Positions 7,259-15,696 are shown, numbered from the stretch's first letter. The stretch is DNA of 22,383 nucleotides from Deinococcales bacterium (GCA_031414595.1 JANNVX010000009.1:1-22383); one strand, 5' to 3'. A program made the numbers and translations. Notes: generated by a model from the sequence alone, not told the origin.

Positions 7259-9007
7259 TTAATTCACGCTGCTCGAGGCTCGAGCCAGTTCAATTGGCAC
7301 GGCGGGTGGGTCAATGCGCTCTAAGACCGTGAAACCTAGGCGTTCGGCTTCTTGCACAAAGTAATTGATGTTTTCGGTTTTGGTGGTTTCACCCAGACTG
7401 ACCCGTTCATAGCATTGGTTGGCGGCAATAATCAGGGTTTCGGCGAGACAAGCCGGTACGTTGCCTTTACCAAAATCGAGTTTGCCATCTGCCCAGCCAT
7501 TTGGGGCGGTCATTCCGCCGGGCGGTTGAACCACACCACCAGGAATTAAGCGCACACCGGGAACAGTCAGGACACTTTCGTCCACATCGGCAGGGCGACC
7601 TTCGTCGTAAATCCACGCGCCGGGTTTGACATCTTTAGCAAACACCACGGGGTTTGGGTCAGAAGTGGCGGTAAAAATTAGGTCAGCTTCTAAGCAGTCG
7701 TGTGGCTCGAGACTCGAGACAAATGTGGTGTTGGGATAGGCTTTTTCTAAGGTGGCTCGGCTTTTATCTAAACGGGTTAAGTCGCGTCCTATTAAAATCA
7801 CTTTGCCCACTTCTGGGGCAAGCATTCGCGCCATGCCAAACGCCACCACGCCATTTGCACCGACCACGGCGGCAGTTAAGTGCTTTAGTTCCTGCCCTTT
7901 ACTGCGCCAATGCTCTAAAATTTGTGGCACGGCTGCCCTAATGCTACCCGCCGTGTACGCGCCGCCATTGGTGACACTGATTTCTGGGACAGCCGCCTGT
8001 ACCTCGAGACCTTTTTTGCCAATCGTTCCCCAAAAAGCGCCCAGCCCGTAGACACTTGCGCCGAGTTCTCTTGCCAGTCTTGCGCCCTGAATCGCCCGTT
8101 TGACCGCCAATTCGGGTTCGTTCTTAAAGACTTGTGGCAGAAGTGGTCCAGTCAATAAAATGCAGCGAATCTCTTTGCCATCGGTGGTGTACATACCGCG
8201 CAATTCGCCGATTTTGAAGGGACGGACTTGTTTTCCAATCCACTCGAGTTGTGATTCAGAGATAATTTTATAATCATACAAAGGCTTAAGCCATGCAAAA
8301 CGGTCTGACTTAAACATGTACTGTGGTGCAAGTGGATGAATTATAAAAGCCGCAATCACTTGGTCATCGCGCTCCCCTGCCACATGGTGGACTTCGCCAA
8401 CCTTTGGTTCGGTCTGCTCAATAATTCGCCCAAGGTTTTCCTTAAAACGCCACAAGGCGGCGGCGAGTAAGCCAAAAACTGCCCACCTTGCACCTAGGTC
8501 AGAAGGGGAGAGCAGCACAATAAAAACCAGTGCCACCAAGCCGCCCAAAGTGCCAACTGCCACATAGCGAGTCCAGCCCAACAGCACTGCAAAAACAATT
8601 GCTGGAATTGCCGAAATCCAAAACGGCATCTCGGCAAAAATCGCTAAGCCAGCCATCATCCCAAGTAAGTAAACATTGCCACGACCACGCATCGGGTAAT
8701 ACTTTGGGAAGAAAACCGAAGGTGGATACTGATGCCCAACAAACCCAGCAAAAGCCGCAATAAACGCCAGCTCATTGCCCTCAAATGGCATGACTAACGC
8801 CACCACAATTGCACCTTTGAAGAAATCCAAAGCAAATGAAGCAATCGTCGATTCACCACCGAGTACCCGCATCGCATTTTCAAAACCAATGTTATAAGAA
8901 CTTGCCCGTAATGGATCAAAACCACGGTATTTGGCGTACCAATAACCAAGCGGTAACGCCCCAACGACATAGGCGAGTAAGAGGGTCAGTAAAATATCGA
9001 GTTGCAT
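7259..9007 (-). CDS. PlsY-like membrane domain fused to an acyl-ACP-reductase-like NAD(P)-binding domain
   Basis: The first ~200 aa are hydrophobic with PlsY hallmarks (AYVVGALP, LDFFKG, GHQYP, ENLGRI). The C-terminal part has GLGAF, TNGGAYTA, VVGANGVVA, DEGRPADV and ACLAETL, resembling aldehyde-forming acyl-ACP reductases. Confidence 0.85.
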   Translation of the reverse strand: MQLDILLTLLLAYVVGALPLGYWYAKYRGFDPLRASSYNIGFENAMRVLGGESTIASFALDFFKGAIVVALVMPFEGNELAFIAAFAGFVGHQYPPSVFFPKYYPMRGRGNVYLLGMMAGLAIFAEMPFWISAIPAIVFAVLLGWTRYVAVGTLGGLVALVFIVLLSPSDLGARWAVFGLLAAALWRFKENLGRIIEQTEPKVGEVHHVAGERDDQVIAAFIIHPLAPQYMFKSDRFAWLKPLYDYKIISESQLEWIGKQVRPFKIGELRGMYTTDGKEIRCILLTGPLLPQVFKNEPELAVKRAIQGARLARELGASVYGLGAFWGTIGKKGLEVQAAVPEISVTNGGAYTAGSIRAAVPQILEHWRSKGQELKHLTAAVVGANGVVAFGMARMLAPEVGKVILIGRDLTRLDKSRATLEKAYPNTTFVSSLEPHDCLEADLIFTATSDPNPVVFAKDVKPGAWIYDEGRPADVDESVLTVPGVRLIPGGVVQPPGGMTAPNGWADGKLDFGKGNVPACLAETLIIAANQCYERVSLGETTKTENINYFVQEAERLGFTVLERIDPPAVPIELARASSSVN

Positions 9008-9048
9008 GGTCAGAGTATGCTCCTTTTCAAATTAGAACTGCTTAGACG

Positions 9049-10623
9049 TTAGGCTTGGACTTGGTTTTTGCCACTGCGTTTACCAACATAAAGTTTTTCA
9101 TCGGCAACATTCAGCATTTTTTCGTGATTTTCTAAGTCTGTGTCGGCACAAACACCAACCGTAATGGTAACTTGTAATTCAGCATGAATTTCATCCCAGG
9201 GGTATGTTTCGACCCGAATGCGGAGACGTTCACAAGCTCGAGTGGCTTTTTCTAAACTGGTGTGAATCACCAAGGCAAATTCTTCTCCGCCATAACGAGC
9301 CGCAATATCGCCTGTCCGCAAACTGTCTTTGGCGAGTTTAGCCATAATTTTTAAGACTTCATCGCCTACACCATGTCCAAATGTATCGTTGACTTGCTTA
9401 AAACTGTCAATGTCAAGCATCGCCACCGAGAGTGGTTTAGCTTCTATTTTGGCTTCGATAAACGACTTCTCGAGTTGTGTTTCTAGGTAGCGCCGATTGT
9501 ATAAACCGGTTAAAGGATCGGAAATGGCTTGCCATTCGAGTTGACCGACCAAATGCCCCAATTCAACGCGGCGCATTCGCTCCAAGTCGGCTTCGGCTCT
9601 GGCACGGTCTAATTCACGTTGGGCGCTAATTGCATTTAATTGGCGTTCGGTATCTAACTGGCGCACTTCGCGTTCGATTTGATGAAAAATTTTATGGTGC
9701 TTTAAGGCGAATTCAAAATGTTGGTTGTGTTCGTGTGCCTCGGAAATTCGTTGATGAAACTCGGCTTCAAGGTCTTTTAAGCCGTGCGTTTTACACAAGG
9801 CTAAACCAGATTCTAAACTAGCAATGGCTTGACTGACCAGTTCTTGGCGAAGAAAAATTAGCCCCAAGTACAAGCGGCAATGGACAATCCCTTCAAAAAT
9901 ATCGTTTTCGACAAAAACCTTTTCGGCAGAGCGCAACAAAGCCAAGGCTTCGGCAAACTCGCCAAGGTATGCCAGCGCCTCGGCTAAATTGACTTGGACT
10001 CGAGTTGCCAACTGGGTCAGTTTTAATTCTTGGGCAGACTGTAAGGCTTGCCGTGAAGCACTGACGGCATCCTGAAAGCGTTCTAATTTAAGATAAGCCA
10101 ATGCCAAGTTGCCTCGGGCTTCGGAGACACGCCGCAGGTCTGGAATCAGAGCCGCTTGTTCGATGGCTTCTAAACAAACCGATTCGGCTTCGCTAAAGCG
10201 CCCCAAGGATTGGAAAATGTTGCCAAGGTTAATTAAACTACTGACTTGTCCGCCAACATCCTTGAGTTCCTGATTGATTTTTAAGGCAGTTTGCGTGTAC
10301 CCCAAGGCTGACTGCATATTGCCCATGGTTGCATAGGTGGCTGCCAAAAAATTGAGAATGTCGCGTTGAAGCTCTAAATCCTTGTACTTCTCGGCAATCT
10401 CGAGGGCTTGCGATAAACGGCTGAGGGCTTGACTTAAATTGGATTGATTGCGGTCAACAAAAGCCAGTGTTCGCAGTGCATAACCCATTTGTAATTCGTT
10501 TGATTCTTCTATAGCTTGTCTTAGGGCTTGTTCACTAAAACTCAGACAAATTTGCCAGTCGTCTAAACGAGCCTCCCAAGCCTTTTGATTGAGTTCTGAT
10601 GTGCTGATTTGGTCTGTTTCCAT
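9049..10623 (-). CDS. TPR-repeat diguanylate cyclase (GGDEF)
   Basis: Helical TPR repeats, then DPLTGLYNRR, DIDSFKQVNDTFGHGVGD, an RTGD I-site and GGEEF. Confidence 0.95.
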   Translation of the reverse strand: METDQISTSELNQKAWEARLDDWQICLSFSEQALRQAIEESNELQMGYALRTLAFVDRNQSNLSQALSRLSQALEIAEKYKDLELQRDILNFLAATYATMGNMQSALGYTQTALKINQELKDVGGQVSSLINLGNIFQSLGRFSEAESVCLEAIEQAALIPDLRRVSEARGNLALAYLKLERFQDAVSASRQALQSAQELKLTQLATRVQVNLAEALAYLGEFAEALALLRSAEKVFVENDIFEGIVHCRLYLGLIFLRQELVSQAIASLESGLALCKTHGLKDLEAEFHQRISEAHEHNQHFEFALKHHKIFHQIEREVRQLDTERQLNAISAQRELDRARAEADLERMRRVELGHLVGQLEWQAISDPLTGLYNRRYLETQLEKSFIEAKIEAKPLSVAMLDIDSFKQVNDTFGHGVGDEVLKIMAKLAKDSLRTGDIAARYGGEEFALVIHTSLEKATRACERLRIRVETYPWDEIHAELQVTITVGVCADTDLENHEKMLNVADEKLYVGKRSGKNQVQA

Positions 10624-10939
10624 AAATAATAATCTCGATATTGAAGCCGTTTATGTATTGTACGAACTCTTGGCGTTATTCTTGGCTAAATCTAGCATGG
10701 TTGAGTTTGCAGCCTTTTAAGCTAAGGTAATTTACTTTGAAGAGTATACACCAATTGAATTTTATAAAAATCTGCGAGAAACGGCTTAGTTCTTATTTGG
10801 TCACAAATTAGAATGGTATTGCTTGCCGATAATAGCTCGGCTTTTAGCAGTGTTTTAAGCACGCCAAAATAGTTTGGGCTGTAAGAGCGGTGTGACAAGC
10901 ATTTTGGTAAGACCAATCACTGGCTTTGATTATCGAGCA

Positions 10940-10948
10940 TGGTAATTT
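10940..10948 (+). promoter_or_regulatory. Extended -10 box, probable leaderless promoter of tsaE
   Basis: TGG-TAATTT ends 6 nt before ATG 10955, and there is no Shine-Dalgarno sequence. Confidence 0.5.
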
Positions 10949-10954
10949 GCGCTA

Positions 10955-11368
10955 ATGAAGCTTGTTTTCAAAACTGCCGAAGACCTAGAAGACTATGCGG
11001 CTGGCTTTGCCCAGCAACTGGGGGTGGGTTCGGTACTGATTTTAAGTGGGGTCATGGGGGCAGGAAAAACCACCTTTGTCAAAGGCTTAGCGTGTGGGCT
11101 TGGAGCAACCAGTCCAGTCTCGAGTCCAACCTACACCTATATTCATCAATACCAAACGCCTCGAGGGGTTTTGGTTCATATCGATGCCTACCGCTTAACC
11201 GATGCTAAAAAACTCTGGCAGATGGGTTTAGCTGAGTACCTCGAGACTGCCTTGGCGGTAGTGATTGAATGGGGTGAGGCATTACTCGAAGAAATGCCAG
11301 AAGCCCAACTGATTCGGTTTATGGTACTAGAAGACGCAAGACAATTGGAGTTCTATGCCAGACAATGA
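10955..11368 (+). CDS. tsaE: tRNA threonylcarbamoyladenosine biosynthesis ATPase TsaE
   Basis: 137 aa with GVMGAGKT, SSPTY, HIDAYRL and IEW motifs. Confidence 0.96.
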   Translation: MKLVFKTAEDLEDYAAGFAQQLGVGSVLILSGVMGAGKTTFVKGLACGLGATSPVSSPTYTYIHQYQTPRGVLVHIDAYRLTDAKKLWQMGLAEYLETALAVVIEWGEALLEEMPEAQLIRFMVLEDARQLEFYARQ

Positions 11369-12137
11369 TTTGCCAATGCTTGAGGGTGTGCAGTACCGTG
11401 CCTCGGTTGGCAGCACCATGGATGAAGTGCGGCAACAAGCCCTCGCAGGTGCGCCAGAATTTAGTATTTTACTGGCTGAAACCCAAACCGCAGGACGCGG
11501 CAGGCGCAATAAACTATGGCACAGCGCACCAGCTTCGGGGTTGTATTTTACGGTCTTACTCAGACCCCAAGTGGCACTTTCAAAACTTGGTTTGTTACCG
11601 CTTCTGGTTGGGGCGGTGATGGCTAGAAGCATCAAAGAAAACACGGGCATTGAGACCCAATTAAAATGGAGCAACGACCTGCTGACGCTTGACGGGCGAA
11701 AACTTTGCGGCATCCTGCTCGAGACCAGAATTGAAGCAGGCACAGCCGCATTTGTGTTACTTGGTATTGGAATCAATGTGCGCTGCCAAGATTTCCCACC
11801 GGAATTAAATGCTGCGGCACTCGAAGAGTTTGCTCCAGTCAATCGTAAAAATTTATTAAAAACTTGTATTGCAAACCTAAAAATAGCGTATCAAAAGTTC
11901 TTGGAAAATTCCGAATTTGCTTTGCAAAGCTGGAAAAGCCATGCCAATAATTTAGGACGCGAAGTGACAATTCTCGAGCCAAACGGCAATAGTTGGATCG
12001 GAGTAGCCCTAGACCTCGACCCCAGTGGAGCGCTGCTGGTGCAAACCACATCTGGCATAAAAACCGTCTACGCCGCCGAAATTAGTTTGAGAAATAGCCT
12101 GACCCCACTTGGGCAAGCACCCCTTGACGTAGCCTAA
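11355..12137 (+). CDS. birA: Biotin-protein ligase without an N-terminal HTH
   Basis: STMD, AETQTAGRGRR..W, KWSNDL, KLCGIL and GIGINV motifs, plus a C-terminal GALLV SH3-like domain. Confidence 0.95.
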   Translation: MPDNDLPMLEGVQYRASVGSTMDEVRQQALAGAPEFSILLAETQTAGRGRRNKLWHSAPASGLYFTVLLRPQVALSKLGLLPLLVGAVMARSIKENTGIETQLKWSNDLLTLDGRKLCGILLETRIEAGTAAFVLLGIGINVRCQDFPPELNAAALEEFAPVNRKNLLKTCIANLKIAYQKFLENSEFALQSWKSHANNLGREVTILEPNGNSWIGVALDLDPSGALLVQTTSGIKTVYAAEISLRNSLTPLGQAPLDVA

Positions 12138-12152
12138 TGCGTCTGTTACTAT
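12124..12152 (+). promoter_or_regulatory. Sigma70-type promoter of tRNA-Ala
   Basis: TTGACG (12124)-17 nt-TACTAT (12147) with a TGn extension, 12 nt upstream of the tRNA and overlapping the birA 3' end. Confidence 0.75.
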
Positions 12153-12164
12153 CCTCGAGCGCTT

Positions 12165-12239
12165 GGGGGTGTAGCTCAGAGGGAGAGCGCCTGCTTTGCA
12201 AGCAGGATGTCGTGGGTTCGAATCCCTCCACCTCCACCA
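12165..12239 (+). tRNA. tRNA-Ala (TGC)
   Basis: Cloverleaf: acceptor GGGGGTG/CACCTCC with G3:U70, D stem GCTC/GAGC, anticodon stem CCTGC/GCAGG around TGC (12197-12199), TTCGAAT loop, encoded CCA. Confidence 0.98.
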
Positions 12240-12253
12240 AGTGATAGACATAG

Positions 12254-12309
12254 GAACGGCAGTCATCAGTTGACCGCCGTTCTTACATTTGACCGCAGTT
12301 TGACCGCAG
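12254..12309. repeat. Hairpin plus three TTGACCGC direct repeats (candidate tRNA terminator and integrase arm sites)
   Basis: GAACGGCAGTCA/TGACCGCCGTTC inverted repeat at 12254-12282. GTTGACCGCCG at 12269, TTTGACCGCAG at 12288 and 12299. Confidence 0.6.
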
Positions 12310-13441
12310 CAGACTTTGAGAACCCCGCTAAAGGACTGAGCATCTCTTCGATGTCGTAAATATGTGAGCGTCGTTCATCCTCGAGCAGATGCCTGTAAAT
12401 GTTCAGGGTCACAGTCGGATTTGAATGCCCCATGCGTTCACTAACCAACTCGAGTGGTGTGCCAGCCCGTAAAGCCAAAGACCCATAAGTGTGTCGTAAA
12501 TCATGGACTCTGCACGGTTTTACACCTGCTTTAACACAAAGTTTTTTCATGGCATGGTTTGGGCTGCTTGGGTTCAATGGTTTATCAGCCCCAATCAAAA
12601 AAAGCTTCTTATGCTCTGGGTGCTTATCAAAATCCCATTGCTCAGCTTGGTCAAGTAACAACTTCGCCATAGATGGAGGCAACGGAATAACTCGGTTTCT
12701 CCGTCCTTTGGTTGGACCCATTTTGCCACCACCACCGAACTTACTAAACGACTTGCTGATTTTTACGGTACTGGTTTTGAAGTCAATGTCAGCCCATTGC
12801 AAAGCCAGCGCCTCACCCTTTCGTAAACCCATATTCAAACACAAGCGTATAAAGACTTCCCAGTAATCACCTTTAACCACCGCTAAAAGCGCTGTGACTT
12901 CTTCCAACTCGAGGCTGCGCCCAATCGGTTCACTTGGTGGGGCTTGGAACTTAACGGCGGCGCATGGGTTCTTATGGATTAACTCGAGGGCAATGGCTTC
13001 GGTAAATACGCAATTTAGTCGCTCGAGTACCTTAGCTCGAGTTCTGGGTGATGCCTGGTCAAGCTCGAGTCTTTTAAGCACTTCCCGAATGTGGACTGGT
13101 TTAACGTCTTGTAATCTCAAAGCACCAATAGTCAGATCGGTTTTACCAAGCTCATATTCGTAATCCATTTTGGTTTTGCTGCTGATACCGCCGGACACTT
13201 TCATCTCGAGCCACTGCTGACCAAATGCTTTTACGGTGCGTTTATCAGGCTCGAGCAGTGTGCCGTAATTAAACTGGGTTGTTAGTTCCTCGAGTTTTCG
13301 GGCTACTTCGGCTCGAGTCTTACCATAAACACTACGGCGTTTTGGATTGCCAGCCAATGTTAAACCTACGGTTTTGCTGCCTTCCCAACGTCCATCTTTG
13401 CGTTTGCGGATGTTCCCTTCGCCTCTGCCTCGTCGTGCCAT
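12266..13441 (-). CDS. int: Tyrosine recombinase / phage integrase
   Basis: 391 aa. N-terminal RGEGNIRKRKDGRW arm-binding segment, then catalytic motifs GLRKGEALAL, KMGPTK, HDLRH, MGHS and NIY. Confidence 0.97.
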   Translation of the reverse strand: MARRGRGEGNIRKRKDGRWEGSKTVGLTLAGNPKRRSVYGKTRAEVARKLEELTTQFNYGTLLEPDKRTVKAFGQQWLEMKVSGGISSKTKMDYEYELGKTDLTIGALRLQDVKPVHIREVLKRLELDQASPRTRAKVLERLNCVFTEAIALELIHKNPCAAVKFQAPPSEPIGRSLELEEVTALLAVVKGDYWEVFIRLCLNMGLRKGEALALQWADIDFKTSTVKISKSFSKFGGGGKMGPTKGRRNRVIPLPPSMAKLLLDQAEQWDFDKHPEHKKLFLIGADKPLNPSSPNHAMKKLCVKAGVKPCRVHDLRHTYGSLALRAGTPLELVSERMGHSNPTVTLNIYRHLLEDERRSHIYDIEEMLSPLAGFSKSAAVKLRSNVRTAVN

Positions 13442-13443
13442 TG

Positions 13444-13671
13444 CTATTCCCCCTTTGGCTTATCAGCAACAGAGGCTTCGGCTTGTCGGCGTAGGAATTC
13501 TTCAACCTCAAAATCGGGAATATACCGATGCGGACGACGATTCGGCTTTTTGGGGTTGCACAAAGAACGCACATGGCGAATTTCGCCAGCGTCAAGTAGG
13601 ACATGGATTTTCTGCACACCAACCCCTACTAACTTGGCGAACTTATTGGGGCTAATGGTACGGACACTCAT
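13444..13671 (-). CDS. Excisionase-like winged-HTH protein
   Basis: 75 aa, basic (SPNKFAKLVGVGVQKIHVLLDAGEI..RYIPDFEVEEFL). Lies directly upstream of int and contains the int RBS in its last codons. Confidence 0.75.
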   Translation of the reverse strand: MSVRTISPNKFAKLVGVGVQKIHVLLDAGEIRHVRSLCNPKKPNRRPHRYIPDFEVEEFLRRQAEASVADKPKGE

Positions 13672-13737
13672 AAGGTTATTTCGGTTGTCATTGTTACCGC
13701 CTCCTATTGGTCAGGGCTTGATTGTGCATGGTGCGCT

Positions 13738-14103
13738 CTACACGGTCTCGAGAAGGTCAGCAAACAGGGCTTTGATACCAGTTCGCACAGGCTCGAGTTC
13801 TGCATGAGTTAAAGCGCCGTAACGCTCTTGAATGCGGTACACATCAATCATTTGTATCTGGTCGAGCAGTACCACGCTGGTTTCTGGTAGCACTGCACCG
13901 TCAACAATTGGATAGAGTTTCTTCCCTGCTTTAACCCAAGTCCCTTCTGTCGTGGTAAGTGGGGCAATAATTAAGCATGGGTATCGGCTTCGTCCTACGG
14001 TGTCAGGGTTGGTGATGATAATACAAGGGCGTGACCCTTCTTGCTCACGTCCTGCTGGCAAGCGTCTGGGGAGGTTTATCAGTGCAATATCTCCGAATTT
14101 CAT
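13738..14103 (-). CDS. PemK/MazF-family endoribonuclease toxin
   Basis: GDI..GREQEGSRPCIII, IAPLTT, SVVLLDQIQMID..RI...G.L pattern; 121 aa. Confidence 0.93.
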   Translation of the reverse strand: MKFGDIALINLPRRLPAGREQEGSRPCIIITNPDTVGRSRYPCLIIAPLTTTEGTWVKAGKKLYPIVDGAVLPETSVVLLDQIQMIDVYRIQERYGALTHAELEPVRTGIKALFADLLETV

Positions 14104-14522
14104 GGTTGTTCCACAAACTTACGGGTTCTTTGGTCATAACGAACAGGTGTCCCTTTACCCTTGAATGAGGCGTGCCATGCCTTGAGTTCTTCGGGCGGTA
14201 CATCTTTTTCTATTTCTGCAAGCCTATCTGCCATCGCATAGGCTGCACCGTCAAGCCATGCCTTGGTTTCGCCGTCCATTTCCTCGAGCGGTTCTTCTAT
14301 CACCTCGAGAACATCATTTATGGTTACAGCTTGCCCCGTAGCTTTTTCTAGTGCCACCATTGCACTTGCCAAAACATCTAAGTCGAGCCTAACCCGTTCC
14401 TTAGAAGGGTTTGCCAGCCCGTAAACAGTATTACGAGACAGTCCATAGCCAGCCATAGCCAACTTGTTAGGTGTTATACCGCGTTGCCTTAGCAACTCTC
14501 CAAATCGTAATTTAATTAACAC
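14100..14522 (-). CDS. Xre/Cro-C1 HTH protein with a C-terminal extension; putative antitoxin/repressor
   Basis: LRFGELLRQRGITPNKLA..GLSRNTVYGLA HTH, with an ATGA overlap into the MazF gene. Start re-called at GTG 14522, 6 nt after a TATAGT -10 box. The longer ORF-track start runs through the promoter region. Confidence 0.8.
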   Translation of the reverse strand: MLIKLRFGELLRQRGITPNKLAMAGYGLSRNTVYGLANPSKERVRLDLDVLASAMVALEKATGQAVTINDVLEVIEEPLEEMDGETKAWLDGAAYAMADRLAEIEKDVPPEELKAWHASFKGKGTPVRYDQRTRKFVEQP

Positions 14523-14528
14523 ATCATG

Positions 14529-14587
14529 ACTATACAGTATACCTACTACTATTGACAATATACCAACTATTCGGTATACTATTGTCA
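14529..14587. promoter_or_regulatory. Overlapping divergent promoters with an operator-like inverted repeat
   Basis: Plus strand: TTGACA (14552)-17-TATACT (14575). Minus strand: TTGTCA-18-TATAGT ending 6 nt before GTG 14522. Inverted repeat TGACAATA (14553-14560)/TATTGTCA (14580-14587). Confidence 0.75.
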
Positions 14588-14659
14588 CTCAAGAACGCCC
14601 GCTTCTCACGGCAAAAAGCGTTCTCGAGAATCCCAAACAAGTTGTAAGGAGTCCCAACC

Positions 14660-14938
14660 ATGATACACGCCATCACTACCCAAGTCCAAGCCACACAAGA
14701 AGCCCTCTATGACACCATGCGTAACGGCTCGAGAGTCTACCCACACGGCATTGTCCGCCGTGTATGCGTCCAAACCCCTTGTAGTGGTGACTGGTACGAA
14801 CTCACCGCACACCAAAACCAACGCGGTCAACTGACCCACATCACAAGCCGCCGTGAAGATTGCACAACCCCACAACCCGTTAGCGGCTCGAGCATCACCC
14901 GATTCATGGACGCAATCAAAGAAGAGGTGAGGGCGTGA
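14660..14938 (+). CDS. Hypothetical protein, first gene of the micro-ORF operon
   Basis: AAGGAG RBS 8 nt upstream, downstream of a near-consensus promoter; 92 aa. Confidence 0.7.
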   Translation: MIHAITTQVQATQEALYDTMRNGSRVYPHGIVRRVCVQTPCSGDWYELTAHQNQRGQLTHITSRREDCTTPQPVSGSSITRFMDAIKEEVRA

Positions 14939-15132
14939 TGCCCTCACCTCATCGCACACTGGTCAGTGTTATCTCCATCACCTCGAGCCAAGCTACAGCA
15001 ACCATAACCCTCACCAAGACCGTCACTGGACTCTGGTTACTCGTGCGGGTCGCAGACTCAGACATCCTACTCGAGATTGACCGCGAAGCTGCTAAACGCC
15101 TCGGGAACGCCTTCTTGCAGGGGTTGCTATGA
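14935..15132 (+). CDS. Hypothetical protein
   Basis: GTGA/TGATG overlap with the previous gene and a GAGG RBS. Confidence 0.6.
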   Translation: MMPSPHRTLVSVISITSSQATATITLTKTVTGLWLLVRVADSDILLEIDREAAKRLGNAFLQGLL

Positions 15133-15380
15133 CCAAACCAATTAAATTGACTGTGAGAAACCCGCATTTTTTTACGACTGCCAGCAAGAATAAATTTGTG
15201 GACACCATCCTCGAGCGTACCGCACCACATACCAACAGCATTGGTGATATTCACCGTGAGCTACCCAAGTTTAGAAAGTTGTTTCTTCTTGTCTATCTCG
15301 AGCGTTCACAAGACCGTCTCAAGGTCGCACAAGAAGTTCAGAACCTCATCCTCGAATTCGGTTACAAGGTCGCATCATGA
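15129..15380 (+). CDS. Hypothetical protein
   Basis: ATGA overlaps at both ends; 83 aa. Confidence 0.65.
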   Translation: MTKPIKLTVRNPHFFTTASKNKFVDTILERTAPHTNSIGDIHRELPKFRKLFLLVYLERSQDRLKVAQEVQNLILEFGYKVAS

Positions 15381-15538
15381 CCCGCACAATCATCAGCAAG
15401 GATGGTCAGCCAGTCAGCACCAAACTCGAGAAGGGTTTTGTTTGGCTCGAGTCTGAAAGTTTCGCCGCTCGAGTACCGCTCACCCCGTTTATTGTCACCC
15501 TCTTGGCTGCCAAGGTTCGTAAAGGAATAACCGCATGA
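15377..15538 (+). CDS. Hypothetical protein, 53 aa (not in ORF track)
   Basis: MTRTIISKDGQPVSTKLEKGFVWLESESFAARVPLTPFIVTLLAAKVRKGITA; ATGA overlaps at both ends. Confidence 0.6.
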   Translation: MTRTIISKDGQPVSTKLEKGFVWLESESFAARVPLTPFIVTLLAAKVRKGITA

Positions 15539-15696
15539 AAGACAAACCCATTCGCATTAGCCGATTGCACCGCATTGATTTAATTGTTTCCAAAGACGAT
15601 AACCGCATCATGCTTTTAATTGGCAATCGTGATTACGCCCTGACTATCCCGAACGCTAAAGCCCTAGCTGCCCAACTCCTCGAGGTCACAAAATGA
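15535..15696 (+). CDS. Hypothetical protein, 53 aa (not in ORF track)
   Basis: MKDKPIRISRLHRIDLIVSKDDNRIMLLIGNRDYALTIPNAKALAAQLLEVTK; AAAGGA RBS; ATGA overlaps at both ends. Confidence 0.65.
   Translation: MKDKPIRISRLHRIDLIVSKDDNRIMLLIGNRDYALTIPNAKALAAQLLEVTK

Noticed and set aside
10651-10667. TTATGTATTGTACGAAC, resembling the Deinococcus radiation/desiccation response motif
   Set aside because: The right half-site matches poorly, the region is AT-rich, and the flanking genes are not typical regulon members.
10722-10916. 64-aa ORF in the GGDEF-tsaE spacer
   Set aside because: No RBS or recognisable motif; it lies in a divergent promoter region.
12009-12266. 85-aa minus-strand ORF (WWRWRDSNPRHPACKAGALP)
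   Set aside because: This is the typical antisense translation of a tRNA gene.
14523-14588. Hydrophobic N-terminal extension on the Xre protein suggesting a membrane anchor
   Set aside because: It is translated promoter/operator DNA. The HTH domain begins at GTG 14522.
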